From an uncultured delta proteobacterium (lineage in GTDB: Bacteria > Myxococcota > Myxococcia > SLRQ01), in assembly GCA_963727485.1 (NCBI GenBank), contig CAVSGM010000002.1:480001-544000 (forward strand): a DNA stretch of 64,000 bases, given 5' to 3'. This document shows positions 58,836 through 64,000 of the stretch, in pieces (positions within the stretch are counted from its first letter, which is position 1; every line of letters begins with the position of its first letter). The position numbers and the translations under genes were made by a program. The notes under the pieces are model-generated. The model was given only the letters and a program-made list of their open reading frames with translations, did not search any database and had not been told where the DNA came from.

Positions 58836-60670
58836 CGCCGGCCGAAGCGGCGCTCGATCTCCCGGGCGTCGAGCTCGAAGGCCACCGGGCGGCCGTGGGG
58901 GCAGTTGGCCTTGAAGGGGATGCCGTCCATCCGGGCCAGAAGCGCCTCGCAGGCCTCCCGGGTGAGGCGGTCCCCGGCGCGGACCACCGAGTGGCAGGCG
59001 ACGGTGGCCAACAGCTTGTCCCGGGCGCGCTCCACCGCCCCGCCCCCGGACCCGGCCTCGAGATCCGAGAGGTCCGAGGCCACGTCCCGGAGCACGCCCA
59101 TCAGGCCCCGGTCCTGGAGGGGCGCCGGGACCGCCCGGATGGCCACCGTGCCCTCGCCGAGGGTCGACAGATCGAAGCCGAGGCCGGCGAGGACCTCGCC
59201 GCTGCCGTCGAGGAGGGTCGCCTCGGCCAGGGAGAGCTCGAGGGTGGTGGGGACCAGGAGCTGCTGGACGGGCATCGCCCCCTCGGCGGCGAGGGCCCGG
59301 AGGCGCTCGAACTCCAGGCGCTCGTGGGCCGCGTGCTGGTCGACGACCACCAGGCCGTCGGGGCCCTCGCAGAGGATGAAGCTGGCCTTGAGCTGGCCGA
59401 TGACCGTGAGGTGGGTGAAGTAGCCCGGGCCCCGGTCGACCCCGGGCGCCTCGCCGTCCCCGGGCGCCTCGCCCCACCCCGCCGGCCGCTCCCCCAGGCG
59501 ACCCTGACCGGGCCGGGCGAAGAGGCTCGGGAGGGCCGCAGGGTCGTGGCGCCTCGCGCCCCCGAAGCGCTCGAGGGCGTCGAGGACCCGCTCCCGGTGG
59601 TCGGCGACCCTGGGGTCCACGTCGTCGCCGCCCTTGAGGCCATAGCGCTTCTGGCCGCCGACCCAGGGCGCCGCCGCCAGGGTCCGGCCCACCGCCGAGA
59701 TCACCGCCTCGTAGGCGGCGCGGCCGTTGGCAAAGCGGACCTCGGTCTTCTGGGGGTGGACGTTCACGTCCACCTCGTCGGCGGGGAGGTCCACGAAGAG
59801 GACCACCACCGGGTGGCGGGCCCGGTCGACGAGCTCGCCGTAGGCGCGGCCGATGGCGTGGGCGAGCTGCCGGTCCCGGACGAAGCGCCGGTTCACGAAG
59901 GTGTAGATGCTCTTCGGCGAGCCCCGGGTCACCGACGGCGAGGCCAGGAGGCCCGTGACCCGGATCGCGCCCAGGCCCCCGTCCACCGGGTGGAGCTGGC
60001 CGTGGACCTCCCGGCCCAGGGCGGCGACCACCCGGTCCGCCAGGTCGGGGCTGGCCGGCGAGCTGAAGACCTTGCGCCCGTCGTGCTCCAGGGAGAAGGC
60101 CACCTCGGGGTGCGAGAGGGCCAGCCGGGTGAGGGCCTCGGAGACGTGGGCCATCTCGGTCTGGGGTCGCCGGAGGAACTTGCGCCGGGCCGGGACGTTG
60201 AAGAAGAGGTCGGCGATGCGGACGGTGGTGCCCTCGGGGGCGCCGGCGGCGGCGTGCTCCACCAGGTGCCCGCCCTCGACCACCACCCGGGTCCCCTCGA
60301 GGGCGTCCGCGGGCCGGGTGAGGAGGGTGAAGCGCGAGACCGCGGCGATGGAGGGCACCGCCTCCCCCCGGAAGCCCAGGGTGCGGATGTCGAAGAGGCC
60401 GTCCTCGCCCTCGAGCTTGCTGGTGGCGTGGCGCTCGAGGCAGAGGCGCGCGTCCTCCGGGCCCATCCCCGAGCCGTCGTCCCGGACCTCCACCAGGTCC
60501 CGGCCCCCGGCGGAAACCCGGACGTCGATGCGGGTGGCCCCGGCGTCGAGGGCGTTCTCCACCAGCTCCTTGAGGACCGACGCCGGGCGCTCGACCACCT
60601 CTCCGGCGGCGATCTTGTTGGCCACGGCCTCGGAGAGGCGGTGGATCCGGGGGGGCGCGGGGTCGCTCAC
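58832..60670 (-). CDS. mutL: DNA mismatch repair endonuclease MutL
   Basis: NKIAAGEVVERPASVLKELVENALDAGA, TLGFRGEA, DQHAAHER, ACH, CPHGRP. Confidence 0.97.
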   Translation of the reverse strand: MSDPAPPRIHRLSEAVANKIAAGEVVERPASVLKELVENALDAGATRIDVRVSAGGRDLVEVRDDGSGMGPEDARLCLERHATSKLEGEDGLFDIRTLGFRGEAVPSIAAVSRFTLLTRPADALEGTRVVVEGGHLVEHAAAGAPEGTTVRIADLFFNVPARRKFLRRPQTEMAHVSEALTRLALSHPEVAFSLEHDGRKVFSSPASPDLADRVVAALGREVHGQLHPVDGGLGAIRVTGLLASPSVTRGSPKSIYTFVNRRFVRDRQLAHAIGRAYGELVDRARHPVVVLFVDLPADEVDVNVHPQKTEVRFANGRAAYEAVISAVGRTLAAAPWVGGQKRYGLKGGDDVDPRVADHRERVLDALERFGGARRHDPAALPSLFARPGQGRLGERPAGWGEAPGDGEAPGVDRGPGYFTHLTVIGQLKASFILCEGPDGLVVVDQHAAHERLEFERLRALAAEGAMPVQQLLVPTTLELSLAEATLLDGSGEVLAGLGFDLSTLGEGTVAIRAVPAPLQDRGLMGVLRDVASDLSDLEAGSGGGAVERARDKLLATVACHSVVRAGDRLTREACEALLARMDGIPFKANCPHGRPVAFELDAREIERRFGRR

Positions 60671-60720
60671 GGGAGGAACGTACGCGGCGCCCCGGGCCGC
60701 CGGCAAGCGGCCCGAAAGGT

Positions 60721-60750
60721 TTGACCTCGGATCGTCCGTCACGTTACATT
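60721..60750 (+). promoter_or_regulatory. Putative sigma70 promoter for the epimerase-acyltransferase operon
   Basis: TTGACC-N18-TACATT upstream of ATG 60768/60786. Confidence 0.45.
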
Positions 60751-60767
60751 CCGCGCGCTTTCACGGG

Positions 60768-61805
60768 ATGGGACACGCGGGCGTCATGGCACGAGAGCGT
60801 CGCAACGTCAGCGAGGAGGGTCGGGGGGGCCGCCGGGTCGCGGTCACCGGCGCCGCGGGCTTTTTCGGACGCAGCCTGCTCCAGCGCCTGGTGGGCGACC
60901 GGCGGTACGCGCAGATCCTCACCCTCGACGTGCGGCCCCCGGCGGTCGAAGGCGAGACCCTCACCCACCGCCACCTCGACCTGACCCACCCCACCGCCGA
61001 CCAGGACCTCCTCGAGGCGCTGCGCAGCTACGAGATCGACACCCTGGTCCACCTGGCCTTCCTCTCCGAGCCCACCCACCAGTCCACCTGGGCCCACGAG
61101 CTCGAGGCCATCGGGACCCTCCACGTCCTCAACGCCTGCGCCGAGCACCCGGTGCGCAAGGTGGTGATGCAGTCCACCACCGCGGTCTACGGCCCCCACC
61201 CGAAGAACCCGAACTTCCTCCGGGAGACCCACCCCATGGGGGGCCTGCGCGGGTCGCGGTACGTCGCCGATCGGGTCGAGGCCGAGCGCCAGCTCATCCG
61301 CTTCAAGCGCGAGCACCCGGAGGTCACCTGCACCTCCCTGCGCTTCGCCCCGGTGGTCGGGCCCACGGTCCGCAACTGGACCACCCGCTACCTCTCGTTC
61401 CCCACCCCCATCACCATCCTCGGCTACGATCCGCTCATCCAGCTCCTCCACGAGACCGACGCCGTCGACGCCCTCACCCTCGCGGTGAGCCGGGACCACG
61501 ACGGGGCCTTCAACATCGTCGCCGACGGGGTCCTCCCCCTGACCGCGGCCCTGCACCTCCTCGGGCGCGTGCCCCTGCCGGTGCCCGGCCCCGTGGCCCG
61601 GGCCTGGGTGGGGAGCCTCTGGGCCATGCAGCTGATGAACACCCCGACGACCTTCCTCGGGTTCCTCCGCTTCCTCTGCGTCGCCGACGGCGAGCGGGCC
61701 CGGCGGGAGATGGGCTTCATGCCCCGCTACGCCAGCCGCGAGGCGCTCCTGTCGTTCGGGGGCGCGCGGCGGCTGCGGGACGTCCAGGCGGGAGGCACGG
61801 CGTGA
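60768..61805 (+). CDS. NAD-dependent epimerase/dehydratase (extended SDR)
   Basis: VAVTGAAGFFG, VHLAF, STTAVYG; start may be 60786. Confidence 0.85.
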   Translation: MGHAGVMARERRNVSEEGRGGRRVAVTGAAGFFGRSLLQRLVGDRRYAQILTLDVRPPAVEGETLTHRHLDLTHPTADQDLLEALRSYEIDTLVHLAFLSEPTHQSTWAHELEAIGTLHVLNACAEHPVRKVVMQSTTAVYGPHPKNPNFLRETHPMGGLRGSRYVADRVEAERQLIRFKREHPEVTCTSLRFAPVVGPTVRNWTTRYLSFPTPITILGYDPLIQLLHETDAVDALTLAVSRDHDGAFNIVADGVLPLTAALHLLGRVPLPVPGPVARAWVGSLWAMQLMNTPTTFLGFLRFLCVADGERARREMGFMPRYASREALLSFGGARRLRDVQAGGTA

Positions 61806-63430
61806 GCGGCAAGGGCCCGAGGCTGGGGAACGACCCGTTCCAGCGCGGAGCGGCGAGCCGGGAGCCGGCGCCGGCCGCCGAGGCCGAGTCGCAGGCGAAG
61901 GCCGAGGCGCCGGTGGACGAGGCAACCGGAAAGAAGTCCGCACCCCCGGCGGCGAAAGCAAAGAAGGCGGCGAAGTCCAAGCAGCGCCCGGCGGCGCCCA
62001 GGAAGAGCACGGCCAAGAAGCAGCAGCCAGCGTCGAACCCAGCGACGGCGACCAGCAACAGGAAGCCGACGGCCGGGAAGCCCGCCGCCACCAAGAAGCC
62101 GTCGGCGAAGAGGCAGCCGGCGTCCTCCAAGTCCCGCCCCGCGAGGCAACCCTCGACGCCGCCCCCACCGACCCCGAAGAGAGCCGGCGCCAAGACCACT
62201 CGGGCACCCGAGCCCTCGCGCGTTCGCGCCCATGCCGCGTCGCCGGCCCCCACCGGTACCGTTCACCCCTTCCCCACCCCGGCGCCGGACCCAGCGACCG
62301 ACGACGCCACCCTCCCCCCCTGGCTCCGCGCCGCCACCACCGCCTACACCGGCCCCGACGCCTTCGACGCCGACGACGACGCCACCGCCCGCGCCGAGCC
62401 CACTCCCCCCGACGCCGGCTCCCTCGACGAGGCCGTCCGCGCCGCGGGCCTCGGCGGCACCGCCGCCCTCATGGAGTCGTCCGAGGAGCCCCCGCGCGCC
62501 GTCTCCGGCCTCGAGCGCCTCCTCCGCTCGCTCCTCGGCCCCAACCTCGCCAGCGAGGTCCAGGAGGCCATCGCCGAGGTCGCCGAGGTCGCCCGCAAGG
62601 CCGTGGTGGGCTCGTCTGCCAGCCGCCGGTCCGAGATGATCGGCCGCCGCGCGGAGAACTACGACGAGTTCGGCCTCGACCACGCCTTCGAGACCCGGGT
62701 CCGCCCCTTCTTCCAGGCCCTCTTCGAGCGCTACTTCCGGGTCGAGGTGAAGGGCATCGAGCAGGTCCCCGACGCCGGCCGGTGCATGCTGGTGTGCAAC
62801 CACTCCGGCGCCCTGCCCTACGACGGCACCATGGTGAAGACCGCCGTGGAGCTGCGCCACCCCTCGCCGCGCCCGGTCCGCCCCCTGGTCGAGGACTTCG
62901 TCTACCACTTCCCCTTCCTGGGCACGTTCATCAACCGCTACGGCGGGGTCCGCGCCTGCCCCGAGAACGCCGAGCGCCTCCTCGACCACGACGCCCTGGT
63001 GGCGGTCTTCCCCGAGGGCCTCAAGGGCCTGGGCAAGCTCTACCGCCAGCGCTACCAGCTCCAGCGCTTCGGCCGGGGCGGCTTCGTGAAGCTGGCGCTG
63101 CGCACCGGCACCCCCGTCGTCCCGGTGGCCATCGTCGGCGCGGAGGAGATCCACCCGCTGCTGGCCAAGATCACCTTCCTGGTCCGGCCGCTGGGCATCC
63201 CCTACCTGCCCATCACCCCCACCTTCCCGCTCCTGGGGCCGCTCGGCCTGCTGCCGCTGCCCTCCAAGTGGACCATCGTCTTCGGGGAGCCGGTGGACCT
63301 GTCCCGCTACGGGCCCGACGCCGCCGACGACCGGATCCTGGTCAACCGCCTCGCCGAGTCGATCCGCTCGCGGATCCAGACCATGGTCGACGACGTCCTC
63401 GAGACCCGCCGGGGCGTGTTCCGCGGCTGA
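61802..63430 (+). CDS. Lysophospholipid acyltransferase (PlsC-like) with long K/A/P-rich N-terminal extension
   Basis: YDEFGLD, NHSGALPYD, VFPEG, FGRGGFVKLALRTG, PLPSKW. Confidence 0.88.
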   Translation: MSGKGPRLGNDPFQRGAASREPAPAAEAESQAKAEAPVDEATGKKSAPPAAKAKKAAKSKQRPAAPRKSTAKKQQPASNPATATSNRKPTAGKPAATKKPSAKRQPASSKSRPARQPSTPPPPTPKRAGAKTTRAPEPSRVRAHAASPAPTGTVHPFPTPAPDPATDDATLPPWLRAATTAYTGPDAFDADDDATARAEPTPPDAGSLDEAVRAAGLGGTAALMESSEEPPRAVSGLERLLRSLLGPNLASEVQEAIAEVAEVARKAVVGSSASRRSEMIGRRAENYDEFGLDHAFETRVRPFFQALFERYFRVEVKGIEQVPDAGRCMLVCNHSGALPYDGTMVKTAVELRHPSPRPVRPLVEDFVYHFPFLGTFINRYGGVRACPENAERLLDHDALVAVFPEGLKGLGKLYRQRYQLQRFGRGGFVKLALRTGTPVVPVAIVGAEEIHPLLAKITFLVRPLGIPYLPITPTFPLLGPLGLLPLPSKWTIVFGEPVDLSRYGPDAADDRILVNRLAESIRSRIQTMVDDVLETRRGVFRG

Positions 63431-63448
63431 CGGCGGCGGCCCGGCCCG

Positions 63449-64000
<552 letters not shown>

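Overview
This is a very GC-rich bacterial chromosome segment. Gene content and order point to Myxococcota/'deltaproteobacteria' (RomX-like protein next to rluD, AgmX/PglI-type C-terminal domain, Cys-rich lipoproteins, sigma54 two-component pair). Most of the window is housekeeping: rpsP-khpA-rimM-trmD-rplS-rnhB-yraN-rsmI; alr-mlaE/F/D; mutL-miaA-accA-pheA-hisC-tyrA-aroA-cmk-rpsA-sppA-ihfB-lapA/B; selA; slt; fadN-fadA. About a dozen indels split genes, including essential ones (rpsA, alr), and are best read as long-read assembly errors rather than pseudogenes. The most notable accessory element is a ~1.7-kb lower-GC islet (about 1340-3090). It encodes an MqsR-like toxin, an MqsA-like antitoxin with an unusual C-terminal tail, and a third DUF6941-like beta-rich protein in the position SecB occupies in toxin-antitoxin-chaperone (TAC) systems. 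A 6-3-6 palindrome overlaps its putative promoter. This is a candidate new tripartite TA/anti-phage module. Other points of interest: an NTT-HEAT transporter separated from its cNMP-binding domain by a single in-frame amber codon, paired Cys-rich lipoproteins, a HEAT plus degenerate HD-GYP pair, a pseudo-SMC ATPase and a truncated Hsp70. No rRNA, tRNA, CRISPR array, transposase or integrase was seen. All family assignments come from motif recognition by eye; no database searches were run.
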